DNA of 64,000 nucleotides, taken from positions 40,610,001 through 40,674,000 of the forward strand of contig NC_045138.2 of assembly GCF_008831285.2 (NCBI RefSeq). Reading direction: 5' to 3'. Made by a program: the position numbers and the translations under genes. Within the stretch, counting starts at the first letter, position 1; each line of letters starts with the position of its first letter. The notes beneath the pieces were generated by a model. It did no database searches, had not been told where the DNA came from, and saw only the letters and a list, made by a program, of their open reading frames with translations. The DNA comes from Nymphaea colorata (lineage: Eukaryota). Positions 30,001 to 43,018 of the stretch are shown here, piece by piece.

Positions 30001-30578
30001 CTTTTTTACCACTCGGTATGAACATGTATTGCCTTTTGGACAACCATACGTATAATTACTTTCACCAATAACTGAACACGGATGCCTTTTTGCACAAATA
30101 AAGATTTAAACATTTCTTGGCAAAAAGATCTGGGGTCTGGGCTAACAGAGAACAACGAGAAATGAATGGGCCTTCTTGAGATAAATTCAATAAATAACAC
30201 GACAATGTGTTGGTACATATTTCAGATCTAAATTTGATTTCAAAAACGAATAAAATAAGTTGGATCAATGAGTTGGTCGTCGTTTGGTAGCTGAACCTAC
30301 TTCAAAAGCTACCACCAGTGACAGGAACAGTAGAAAACGGAACTTACACACTTGTTCTTGCGCAGGCAGTGTTTGTTGGTCACAACCATGGGTTGGACTG
30401 GTGCTGTCCCTACAAGAGTCTGTGGCTGTGTTTTGCTCGTCATACTGGTTATGGTGGATATGGTAATTGGGCAAGAGGAGCTAGGATTCTTGAATTGCGT
30501 GAAGATCCATTTTCTCTCAAGTCCTGGATAAGAATGGAAGATGGTGCGGTACATAGTAGAGTTACCTTAGCCCCTTGA
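27016..30578 (+). CDS. PAP16: Purple acid phosphatase 16-like calcineurin-like metallophosphoesterase, 384 aa
   Basis: Exons 27016-27289, 28361-28585, 28671-28944, 29501-29669 and 30366-30578 total 1155 nt, all GT-AG. Motifs: [69 protein letters not shown]. The N-terminus is a hydrophobic signal-like stretch. Confidence 0.95.
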
Positions 30579-30920
30579 TTTCACGAAAGTTGCCTCTTAC
30601 GAGGACTACTAATAAAAAATAGTTATGTATGTAAGAATTTAGAAAACTTTCATCATGCGCATTTGTAGTCTTCTAATTTGTGGCCTTAAAGAGTCACCTC
30701 TCTCTCTCTCTCCCTCTTCCTCTGTTTCTCAAGTCCTGTATAAGAATGGAAGATGAGGTTGTGCATAGTAAAGTTACCTTAGCCCCTTGATTTCACGAAA
30801 GTTGCTATAAAAACTACTGGATGAAAAATATTTTTGTGTATAAGCATTTAATAACTTTTATCATGTCCATTTGTAATCTTCTATCTTGTGGCTTTCAAGG
30901 AGTCCTCTCTCTCTCTCTCT
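30512..30920 (+). repeat. ~212-bp tandem duplication of the PAP16 C-terminal codons plus proximal 3'UTR
   Basis: AAGTCCTG..ATAAGAATGGAAGATG...GTTACCTTAGCCCCTTGATTTCACGAAAGTTGC occurs at 30519 and 30731. Each copy ends in a (CT)n tract. Confidence 0.93.
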
Positions 30921-31025
30921 TTAAATACTAACGGATAAAATGTGTTTAAGCTTTTAAAACTTTTATCGTGCACACTTTTAATCGTCTAGCTTGTGGCCTT
31001 GGTGAGTCCTCCCTCTCCCTCTTTC

Positions 31026-31072
<47 letters not shown>

Positions 31073-31621
31073 TGTGTGTATATATATATGTGTGTGTATA
31101 TGTACATACATACATATATGTGTGTGTGTGTGTATACAATATATTTGCAAGCTGTGGTTGAGCAGATCTCTTCTGGACCATGTCGAAAGAAATGAACCCT
31201 GAGTTATATAGTATCGCATCCAGAGTAACATTTTAGATGTTAATTGCATTAAATTTCATTTTTGGGAGTTACTATGTTAACGTACCCCCGGACTCAAAAG
31301 TAAATTTGATGAACGGATTCACCACTTTTATAGAATCTTTAACTGGCAAAAGTTCGTTCTGCAAGATTTTATCAAATAGATTCTTGTTTCGCAGAAGACC
31401 TCTCAAACTGATCTCTCCTTCAAGTTTACATCAGTTCTAGCACAGGATCCTTGCAACAAGGATGGGCGTGCCCACTTGTGGTCTACATCACTTCCTAGTA
31501 CACACAGCAGCTATAATCCATATGTATCAGATAAGCTGAGCTGCTGGAATCATTCTGAGAAGTCTACCATCATGACAGGCTCACTTGCACTCATGAAAAT
31601 CTCCAACAATTTTATCTTTAG

Positions 31622-34440
31622 CTATTTTGCTCCCCTTGTCCCAGAAAGAAGGATTAGCTTCTGTCGAATTGCTTCACTATCCATCTTTGTGCATTTGTCT
31701 TCCATCTGCACAATCAGTAGCCATTAAAGGTGGTCAGTGTTTTTTGATAAATGTACAGGAAACCGATCTCAGTGGATTGCTGCACAGGTATGAAGTTAGT
31801 CTAAGGTACCAAAAGATTGGGGAAGAAAATGTTCAGCTCTGGAACAGGATGTAGACAAGAGGCCTCAAAACCCAGGTCCCAGTACTACCAAGAACAGGAA
31901 CCTGAATCATGTATTCGGGAGTAGCACTCGGTCAAATGGATACTAATAGCTAGCAGAATCAGAACTCTGACCTTAAGATATAGGCTATAGAAGACTCTCC
32001 CTTCACCAGACCCAAAAGTAGATGCATTCAGCAGTTGGAGGCCTTCTTCTTCCAAGTTCCTCACAAGTTCTGATAGGTGGTATCCCTGTCTTCTTGAAGT
32101 AGACACCTGAACCAGCAATTCATTATCATGAACTCGCGTGGCCGTTATCAGGGGTGCCACCGGGAGTAAAGGATCGATATTGTTCATATCACCGGATTTC
32201 CCGTTTTCATGCCTGGATATTCTCTCCAAGATCTGTCTTCTCTTCTGAATCAGACTCTCCACTTGTTTCTGCAGCTCAGGTATGTATTTAAGTGCACGGG
32301 AAACCGTTGCAGGGACGCTTAGCTTTTTCTGCACATTTGTGGTGCCAACACAAAAACTTGTTACTGAATTCTGATCACGAAGATGCCCATAATCCTGAGA
32401 CTGGTGTTAGAGCTCCATGTGCGGATCAAATTTTAGCAGTGAGCATTTCAAATAAGGGAAGATGACGACTCCGCCTTGTGCTTGCCGAAGATCACTTGCA
32501 CTCACGATCACTAAACTTACTGCGGAGATTCCAATTAATTACTTACACGTGGTTTTCTTTCGAGAGATGAAAAATAATAGCCTGGATTATAATAAGATTT
32601 GGTGATGAAAACTTTGTTCATTCGATGCATTTGGTCCTGTGCTTGCGCGAAGAGACAATGATAAATTCATTGAATCATTTAAAACAAGACAGTATTATTT
32701 ATTTGTTTCTTTCTTTAAGGGTCTCCTCAGGGCATACTAATATTTTTTTCCACAAGGCCCTAACCACAGGCCACAAAAAACACACACATATATATATAAT
32801 TCCCAACTTGACATATTTTTTTACTTTCTCAACAATGAAGTCCGTAAGAGATGCCAAATGGCTAAGAAAAACAGCACCTCGTTCATTGGCTTTCTTAAAG
32901 AGTTTGGAAGTTAACGATTGGCCAGAGTTACGCTTCCCATTGATTGCAACCCTCTTCCCTTTTCTTACGTTTTATTTTTAGAGGTCATTGCTCAAGAAAA
33001 CAATAAGAAATAATAAGATGACGAAAGACATGCCATTATAATATTGCCATGAGAGGTCAAAGGTACAATAATGATAAAAAATAGAAAAAAAAAACTGGGA
33101 TAAGGAACAAAGAAAAGAAAAAACTTTCTCTCCTTTCAAGAATTTTGTCCATCCTGGTGTATGAAGTATCTAATCACCGGAGAAAGTGGGGCAAGTTAGA
33201 AAACCGAGTGTCCGATCTGCGTGCGAAGTTTGGTACCTGCCAGTCGGCAAGTTTTTTCTTGGAAAACTACTGCAAAAATATTTTAACAAAAATCGAGGTG
33301 GAAATTGTGGTTTTAGATGAAATAGTTCATAGAGGTGAGTGGATCGCAACTTGCATCCATGGACACCTGATAAAATTTATCACATATTTTAGGAGAGTAG
33401 GAATCGAAAATCATGAAGTAATACATGAAATGCAACTAAGATCATGTTAATTTGAAACTCATTTTCTTTAGAGGAATGTCATTTTCAAACTTCACTAAAC
33501 TTAACAAACCAGTGGGTGGGAGTCCTTTTCCCCGAAACATGTAAAGCGCAAGGGAACAAAAGATAATGTGATCGATGGGAACTGATTTGCTAATATCTAC
33601 TCTTTTCCGGGCAACTGTTTACGTGATAGAAGTAATTTAACATAAAAAAAATTAGCTGAAAACACTTTTTCAAAGATAAACCAGGCTTCTAGTGGTTTTA
33701 TCATCACTCAAATGGGCCAAAAAGCTGTTTTCACCTAAATATGAAGCCGACTTACGCCTAAATCCCTAAAGTCATGTTCGATTTTTGGAAGTGAAGTCGA
33801 ATTTCTTTTTGACCAAAATTTTTTCTCCCAAATTTAAGGTTAAAACGTGAAGAAAATTTTGGATTCCTTCACAAAGCTGGGTTTGATTGAGCTGTATACA
33901 CTAAGGACACATGGTTTATCGGAACATGTACTGCAACAGCAAGCTAGTGCGTAGGCAAATCAAGGACTTCTCATGGTCATGGCGGCCCCGGCTCCCCACA
34001 GTTCTTTCCTTTACGACAGGGGCTTTCCTTTCAAGGTGCTTGCCTAAGTTTTCTGGTTTCGCAAGTTTAGTTCCTCACCGTGAAAAAAGCAAATTGATGC
34101 GTTAAGAAGGTACCGTTTGGTCGGCGTTTGGCAGCAGCGACCGGAGAGAAGAGTAGAGGGAGTTCATCCTCTTCCGGCGATACCTCTCGTTGGCGTTGTG
34201 GCTGAGTTTCTTTGCAACCGTATGTTGATCTCCATCCATGGTGCACGATCCCTGAGCATCGTCGAACGCCGGCGTGCCGTAAGAAGATAACTGAAAGGAA
34301 GGGTCCCGGAAGGTGGCCGCGTCCACGGCGCCCCAGCTAATGCACGAAAGATCTTCCACTTCCCTTGTATCCCCGCAAAACATCCAATCTTCTCCTGCAC
34401 AAGAACTCGAAGGCAGGCCCGCTGGCGGTTGGATGAACAT
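31622..34440 (-). CDS. ORG2: bHLH transcription factor, subgroup Ib (ORG2/ORG3/bHLH38-39-100-101, OsIRO2-like; iron-deficiency response), ~255 aa
   Basis: Exons 34440-34114, 32328-31972 and 31705-31622. The bHLH reads KKLSHNANERYRRKRMNSLYSSLRSLLPNADQT/KKLSVPATVSRALKYIPELQKQVE. The C-terminal ACT-like region is LEEEGLQLLNASTF...RVFYSLYLK/MEDKC...IRQKL. The start codon is uncertain (in-frame ATGs at 34527, 34515, 34440, 34383). Confidence 0.92.
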
Positions 34441-35298
34441 TCTACGGCGTCGGAAGGCCACCCCCGATGGCTTCTCTTCTGCACGTATATATGTATACAG
34501 ATCTTGTGCTGTCATCGTTGCCGTCATGATAATTGGTAGAAAATTTTATGTTTCGGAGCGGTCCCATCAAAAGTTTTTTCATCGGGAAGGTGTTGAGTTG
34601 GCTCCTGTGAAGATGACATGTACGGATTTTCTTTTCTTTTTCTAAAAAGAGAGTCAGCAGATCAAATAATTTAACAAATAACATTTTTAAAGAGATGGAA
34701 ATTCTCCGCCATTCATTTTTGTGATGGATGGTCACCGTTTGGACCACCATCAAGTAGTTTTCCGATGAAGTCATAGCTTGCATGGAAGATAGCTTGATGA
34801 AAAATGACGGCAACTATGTCATGTGTATTAAAAGAACGCCATTGTTGGCAGATAAAAGAAATCTGGTGCTGGAATTCCTAAAGTTTCACTCCTCAGTAGA
34901 TTGTATTCAAACATTTATAAGACCTCACGTATCAATTGGTCTACAAGAAAGGTAGCTCTGCTAGAACCTTGATCGTCGCAGAGGACCATGGTTTTCATTT
35001 ATTTACAGCTAGCGCTGTTCTTAGCATATCTAACTCGATGTTGGTCTGCCTTAAAAAATAGGTTTGGCCATGTCATAAAAGGTAGTCATCAATTTTCATC
35101 TCTCGCTCTTGTATATGCTTTAATTAAACTTGATGATAGAGAAGGTATTCTGGAGGTAGGAGACAAGACTGCACAGGTTTCACCTACCATACCTACTATC
35201 GCCTCCCCAACAATCTAAACCTTTTAAACACAAAAAACATTCACTGGATCAGTGAGATTGCCATGAGGTTTAAACCCGTGACCAGGAACTAACCAGGA

Positions 35299-35353
<55 letters not shown>

Positions 35354-37672
35354 CACGTGCAATGCACGACGAAGAGCAGAGGGGAACGTGGGGAGGTGAG
35401 TGAACCGAAGGATGAAAACAGTAATTGGAAGATTTCAAATAAAATATATGGACTGCGCCCTTCTTCCATCTTTCTAGCCCTTTCTGCTATTGGTTCATGA
35501 TGTCCAGCAGTCAAGCTGCCGACGAATTAGCAATCACAATTCACAAGTTGATCTCATGATTGGCAGACTTTGGAGAGAAAAAGATTGGGCCCTTCTTTGC
35601 GGCTGTCCTGCAATCGGCCAACAGGCGGCTGTTAGCCTAAGATCTTCTTGCCTGCCTGCTTTTTTGGAAGACCACAGTGCAGGGCTATAGTGTCCTCTTG
35701 AAGAGAGAAAGTTAGTGCAGCGTGCGCGAGGAAAAGACATTTTAGTAATTTGCTAAAAATGAAACTCATTTATTTTACTTTTTTCAATGTTTATTTTTTT
35801 TCTTTACACAGCTTTTTTTTTTTCAAGATGAACTAAAGGTATTTCAATCATTAAAATTTTTTTTTGAGAAAAAGAAAGACTGTAAATTTGCTCAAGAGTT
35901 CTTCCAAGTTACCTTTCTGTGTTTAAGAACATTCAGGAGGGAGATTGAAAGTTTGAAGAATATAGATCACTAAAAGAGAAAATCAACTGCCCATCAACCA
36001 CCGACTTAGATTTTGATAGGTTAAGTCAAGATGGAGCGGTGGTTCCTTGTGCATGGACTGTTCATGAAGGGTCCTGTCCGCCTGTAATGACACCCGAACT
36101 CAAAGGTGCGTATAATGTATTTTACTTTCTTCGAAAGTAGATCTCTAGAAGATTGTACAGAGAAATTCATGGTAGCATATTTTAAACTTTTGGCCTCATT
36201 CAATTTCAGTGTCTTTGGAATCTCGATTTTCCAACTCATTTCGAAGACCAAGAAAGCTGGTGCCTACCATCCATGCATCCGTACAGCTTATAACAGGCAG
36301 GATTAAAATTTAAAGTATTTTTAGAATTATTTTTGTTAATGTATATCCCATATGGCTAATGACAGTACATGTAGTACATTTTTGAATGTCTTAGGGGTTA
36401 GCGAATAGCAATGTACCCATACACAGTAGTACTTAGGACTAATGTTAAAGCAAACCGAGATCTGACCTTTAAATTGAAATAGATTCATAAAACACTATTT
36501 AAGGTGTTTCATGAAACTTTTTTAATTTTTGGATTATATTCATAAAACAATTAACGAACTCTTAAAAGGTGTCTAGAGGGCACCCTAAAAAGATTGGCCT
36601 CCTAAGAGTAGCAAAAAATGTAAACAACCATTTTTTTTTTTTCAATTACTTCAATCAACACAAAAGAAGAATCAGTTTTGTAGACTGTCAGGATCGTTTT
36701 AACTCTCTATCTCTCAAACGGACACAAAACCAGAACCTGAATGGCAGCAGAAGTGGAAAAGGATCATCAAGAGCTATAATCGGCAGCAGCCACATGACCT
36801 CATTCGCATTCCACGGCATTTCATGTGCTGAGATTGATTCCAATCATGGCCACCATGTGTTCAGATCCTGTTCACCATGAAACGCAGGAATCCTACAACT
36901 GGATCACGCATTGTTTACATTATCTTTCGCTCTATAAACATATAGCCCTCTTTCTCTCCCTTCCTTTTTTCTCAAATTCTTCTGCTTAGACCGCGGTCCA
37001 CAGAGGCGTGGTTAAACGAAAAATATACGTGATTGTCATTATTCACTCACAGAGGCTGTCCTTTTCCTGTTTAATTTATTGCTGTGTGTTAAACCATTGA
37101 CAGTGGGATTAGCTCTCCCTAGTGGTTGTCAACGAGTTGGAGAAAATTTCTAATGGGGATGGGATTATGTAGTCCAGGTTCGAGGGAAGGCGACAAAAGG
37201 AGATTAATAAAATGTTGAAGGTATAGAAGATGCATCTGGGGAGGTTTCTTGGTTGGAGAGATCAAAATGGGAAATGAATAAAAAAAAAAAAAATTGAAGT
37301 CACAAAGTTCTTTCCATATAAGTGGGACTTGAGGCAATTTAGATCGTTTGACATTGAATCTGATATATTAAATACGTATGTCAAATTGCCAATTAGTGAC
37401 AACCTTTCTTTTCTCAGCATTTTTATTTTACGGTAGCTTCTGATTAGTATTATACTCAACAGGTGCAATTTTTTAAGTTATTACATACTTTCAGACATAG
37501 TTGGCAAACCGATTAATCAGATACAGTTCATCTGATTACTGAGCCACGGGTAAGCTAGTTCATGACTCAGCAAATGGTTCGGGTCCAGTAAACATATATT
37601 TTGATAGAAATCAAAATGATGACTTGACTTTCTCACCAGTTTCGCCCCTCGGGGTGAAATTTCAGTATAAGG

Positions 37673-38013
37673 GGCACTATAGTTTAAATTTTAAACTTGA
37701 AGGGACACCGATATATAAATTAGTAAAAAGATAATGAAACATCATATGTAAATAAGATCATTTGTATGGGCTGGTGTATGCAATTGCCCGCATCAGCATA
37801 CATGTCGGCACTGCTGGGCAGATATCTCGAAGAGGCTAAATATCAATGTAAATGGCACTGTAATTTAAATTTTAAACTTGGAGGGACACTAATGTATAAA
37901 TTAGTAAAAGGATGATCAAACATCGATATGCAAATAAGACAATTTGTATGGGCTGGTGTGTGCAATTGCCCGCATCAGCATACATATCGGCACTATTGTG
38001 TAGATATCTCGAA
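37673..38013. repeat. Diverged direct tandem repeat, ~181-bp period, two copies
   Basis: GGCACT..TTTAAATTTTAAACTTG..GGGACAC...TTTGTATGGGCTGGTGT.TGCAATTGCCCGCATCAGCATACAT.TCGGCACT...AGATATCTCGAAGA occurs at ~37673-37832 and ~37854-38013. Confidence 0.9.
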
Positions 38014-41000
38014 GATTGTTGAGGCACTGTTTGAGCCGATAAAATGAGAATGTATATCAAATTTGGGGGACAAGACGTCCCCTAAACACAAATCCAGTTG
38101 TTTGCCCTCATGAGATCAGCACCAAAACTCTAGTTATACTAAGACTATGACATGGGTAATGGAAGAATTGTAGAGATAAAATAAGATGAGGAAACCTGAA
38201 ATCTAGATATTAGGCATAAGTTAAACCGTTGACTTTGGACAAGAGAATATTTAAATAAGCTTTTAGTCAGACTAGAATTGCATCATCTTAATTTTGCAAT
38301 TTTGAAATTTGGGTCTGACATCTAATCTTGTTTGGTAGACAAGATGCCTTGTGTGGAACTCCTCTCATAATCTAGACATATACATTGTAACGTTTATCTA
38401 AAATACATAAGCAATCAAAGTTTGTACTGGATTTGGGTCAACCAAATACATAAAAAAATAAGCTTTGGATCAGAATCATTGGTACCCAAAAGGGGAAATC
38501 CCAAAAACATGCAAAGAGCCCATCCCTTGCAATCCTGGATTACCCTCTTATAAATCAGATCTAACTTCAAATTTTAATGAAAAGGAGACAACATGATGCG
38601 AATTGTTCTTTCAAGAGTGATAAATGATGTTATTTAATGAAACTCATCAATTTGTTTCCTTCTTTTTTTTCATCTCTCTCCCTCAACCTTTAAAGGGGAT
38701 CTCAGCTTGTTAAAAAAACAGGTTGACTTCTATATTTGTAACTTAAAATTTCCATGGTTTTATTTCTTTAAAATCAAATGACTTAAATGGTTGCCATGAA
38801 GTTTAGTATATAAGGGTCTGGTAGCTACCTATTTTCCATGTTAAAAATGTTCAAAAAATAGAAAACCAGTATAAAAATGGAAATCAGATTAAATTGTATG
38901 AGATTTAAAAGATTAAAGGTCTTAGCTTTCTCGGCTCAAAAAATTTGATTTAGACATCAAAGTTTTCATGATCTCTAATTCTCATGCATGTTTTCATATG
39001 TTTTGAATCTGTTTATATGATTAAGCTAATTAAAAATAGATCAAACCAATTTTGAGGTACACATAAGAGGCATATCTGAAGATGCATATTACAGTGCATC
39101 AGTATTTATGCACTTCGATTACATTCAAACGAAAGACTAAATGATTTTTATTTAGTAAAGCTTAACGGTATTTATTTCAACCATATCTAAAGTTGCAATC
39201 TTGGGTCATTTTTACTTTTTTCCCTTCATTGAGGCTGCAAATAATTTATAATGACTGTGTATCTTCTTCATGTCATGTTCCTCGTATTAATTTTTTTTGT
39301 AACAAATTGGGCATTAAAATTTAAGTACTACATAAATGACTAAATCATTACTCATTCAAAATCTATAATTAATCTTTAATGCTCAGGCAAACTATTTTAA
39401 TGTCTAACCTGGAATGAGAAAAAAAAAAGGGCAAGAACCCATTGCTTTAAATGCTGAAATAGTCATCCGATTTATGAACGGTACGAAAGGTCATCCAGAC
39501 AATTCGCCTATATAAATCACATCTTGTACCGATCTTCATAACCTGAAAATTTACTTCTCCCATTGTTAAAGACTTACAGATAAAAGCTCAACAAACAATT
39601 TTACTAAAAAAGTCAGAGCTTAGATCTGGAGTTCACGTCTCAGATTCTTTGTACTCTCACAATAAATCTATTCAAGTGTGTGTGTGGGAGAGAGAAAGAA
39701 TGATGTATCTCAATTTTTTTGTACTTTTACAGTAAAAATTGATATTCAAATGGTAAAAACAAAAAGTTAACTGTAAGCCACATACAACCATTACCAGCAT
39801 TCAGAAGTATAGAAAAATGAACAAAGAGCATAAAGATAGTCAAAACTCACAACGCATAAAAAAAAAAAAACTCATAATTTATTATCTTAGCACATCATCA
39901 AAAACATGATTTTGAAAATTGCCGACGGCTTAGGCAAATTCATAAATTTATAAATTATAAATAGCACTTGTATATAAATAAATAATTTGTAAATAAATAA
40001 ATAAATAATTAGGTAGGCATTACAGATGCCACAGCATTCCACCACGCCCTTAATATGGAAGACACATGTATATCAGCTGAATTTAGAGCATGATACCTTT
40101 TCACGCATCATTTTATTTTATCATTTTCCGGACGACCCCCAATTGAAAATATTGGCTCTAATTTATAATAATTGATGTTTGGACTATGGGAGCTTAATCA
40201 TTTGCCAAACTGCTATGGTATCCAACAACAAAGTGGCGGATACTTTTCTTATGCATTTAGATCAATGATTAAAGTTTGAGTGTTTTTTTCTCGTTATTTA
40301 CTCATGTCGACCAATTTTAGAGTATTTTTATATTGAAACTTTTTATTTTTTAATATCAATTTACTAATATATTAACTGAAATTAAATGAGGCCGTCCCCG
40401 CCAATGCACGCCCCGTGACGACTGAAATTTCAAAGAGGCCTTTCCAAGCCTCTTATCATTTCGTAGCTTTGGCATTTTTAGCTTGTTTCCATGCATCTGG
40501 ATGCAGATATAAGTTTCAAAGAGTTTGGTGGATGCTAATTTGGGTCTGTTTGGCAATGCGAACATGTTGTTACCACAACGTCGAGATTCATGAAACAGTA
40601 TCATTCACTTTTCCTTGCAAACAAATGTGTGGCTTAAAGCAGGTCTTTAGTTCGATTTCCATGAACGCTATGTTCTTGTGTCTTAAGGTGGTAGGGCGCA
40701 GTATCCAAGTTGAAGGGTGTCTCTTTCTATCACTGACACCGACGCAGCTCAAGACCCCGGAGGCGAGGGGAATGGGAAGGCCTTCGGGCTTCGCTTCAGG
40801 TGGTGGGATTAACCCTCTCGCTCACCCGAAATGAGTGGCTTAAGTGGCCATAAAAAAATTTGAACCAAATAAATTAACTTCAGTTTCCTCTTCCTTTGCA
40901 TGCAAACGCCTTTTTATTAATTATTTAGAAAAAGGCGAGCAAGGGGAATCTGAATGAAAAAATGTTGTATTTAAATCTCAATCCAAAACCTGATTTTCAA

Positions 41001-42104
41001 AATCCGAATCCGATCTTTACCTCCATATTTGAATGCAAACTGAATCAGACCTATTTTCAAACGTTTTACCATTTCCCTATCAATTTATGTATATCCGCAT
41101 TGAATAAATTTGAATGCAAATCCAATCATTACCTTCATATTCACCCCGAATCTGGTTCTGATCAGATATTTATGTATATCCACATTCGAATCTGATTGAT
41201 GTCATTTCTTAATCGGACATCAAATTTGTTTCCGTATCCGATTTTTTAGGAACAATTCAATCGGATATAGACATCTGTTCACTTCCCTATCAAAGTGATG
41301 CCCAACTGTTCAGTGTCCATAGACCCAACTCCCACAAAGCCTCAGTTCTTAGGTGGCACGACTTAGTATCAAATGGTTGGTCATGTTTGATGGCTCAATC
41401 CGTTGTTTATGCAAGGAATTCAGGGTGTTGGCCGTTCAGAAGCAATTTATTTTGGGTGATCCTTGCACCTATTTTTAATTACTAATTGGACGAATTTTCT
41501 CTTTGTTTGTTTTACACAGATATTTAAAAAATAGAAAATCCTACTTCATGCTTTAGAATCGGGTGTGAATAAGTTTTCTGTGAAAGATCATACTTTCTAT
41601 AACAATTTTTGCTTGAATTTTACATGTCAATGCCGCAAACTATGCAAAGATCAAGATATAATTTGCAACGGAAACCACTACCATCAAATTTCTTGGTTTT
41701 GCCAACGGTAACTTCACCCATCTTTGCCATCGTTCCTGAGTTTTTGCTTCGGAACATAAAGAATTTGCAGCCAGATGCACACTATTGGAGCAGCAAAATT
41801 AGCATTGGGAATTGATAGAGCAGATTCTGCTAAAAAAAAAGAAGTTATCTGATCGAGTATCAGGGGAAAAAGGCAAAGTGAAGGGCCGAATGCAACTTAC
41901 AGCATTGAGTTCAGGCCACGCCTATAGAAAATGAAATAAGCTTGAGAACTAGCACAGAGCACGCCTTGTCGATGATAAGATTCTGGAGTTCCTCCATGAT
42001 GCTTGGTTAGAGGGCCATGGTGTCGATGATAACAAAACAAGAGATAACGAGTTATCGTTCTCCCTTTCATTGTGTCTTTCATTCTTTCCCACTATGTTTC
42101 ATGA

Positions 42105-43018
42105 TGGTATCAGAGCTTATGGTGGTCTAGCAGAGCCATGGTGTCATCAAGCAATCAGCATGGAGCGTCTGAATCCTTTTCTCGAGATGTGATAATCTGT
42201 ATTATTTACACCACTTTGACAATCCGGGTGCGTCTCCCGTTTCTCAACAATTGAGAGGAGATAATTATGAAGTCTCGGTTTTAGCATGGCTTCTGAACTC
42301 TCTTCATAAATCATTGTCAACCACTGTGGCATATGCTAAGAATGCAGCCCATGTATGGAAAGACTTAAAAAACAGGCTTTCTCAATCCAATGCCCTACGG
42401 CTTTATCAAATCCAGCAACAAGCCATCAGTGGCAAGCAGGGTCAATCTTCTATTGGTACATGTTGTACCCAGATTAAGGCTTTATGGAATTGAGTATGAT
42501 GCTTATGTTACATTGCCGTCTTGAGAGTGTGAGGTGATGAGAAAGGTTATTGACATTCAGCAACATGATTGAAGTTTTTGACTGGTTTGAATGAAAGTTG
42601 TACAGCTCGCAGCCAAATACTTATCATGGAATCTACTCCATCGATTTCCAAGGAGGGGATCTTCTAATTGGCCGCGTCAACAGCCACAAGCGAACTCTAT
42701 CATGACTGATAATGCATTGGTCTTACCAAATACTCCCAACCACAAGCCCCAAGAATCACCAGGCGCGCCTACCACCTTCACGCCTGACCTTTATCGTCAA
42801 TTCATGGAGTTTATGAATAGTAAAAATCCTAAAGTCAATCTTGCAGGTACTCTCTCATTCCCTCTTGTTTGTTCTATCTTCACTCAAATGTGGATCATTG
42901 ATATGGGGGCTACTCACCATATTGTTAATTCCTCGTCAACCCTTTTCAATCCTAGTCCTACCACATTTAATCCTGTCAAGCTCCCTTTTAATAGTGTGCC
43001 TGTCACTCATGTTGGTCA
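42105..43018 (+). mobile_element. Degenerate Ty1/copia LTR retrotransposon remnant (PBS, gag, protease)
   Basis: PBS TGGTATCAGAGC (tRNAiMet) at 42105-42116 follows an LTR-like ...TTTCA end at 42101. Gag remnants are YYLHHFDNPG..VSQQLRGDNY and VLAWLLNSL...VWKDLKNRLSQSN..RLYQ. The protease motif is WIIDMGATHHI...VKLP..VPVTHVG. Stops, frameshifts and internal deletions are present, and the 5' LTR start is unresolved. Confidence 0.85.

Noticed and set aside
30968..31249. ORFs with YIYI/THTH/ERER runs (also at 11415, 45815, 48127, 55096, 58810)
   Set aside because: These are translations of dinucleotide microsatellites.
34440..41800. Searched by eye for IRON MAN (IMA/FEP) peptide genes near the Ib bHLH
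   Set aside because: No GDDD...APAA-type C-terminal motif was seen in the ORF track or sequence. Very short ORFs were not exhaustively translated.
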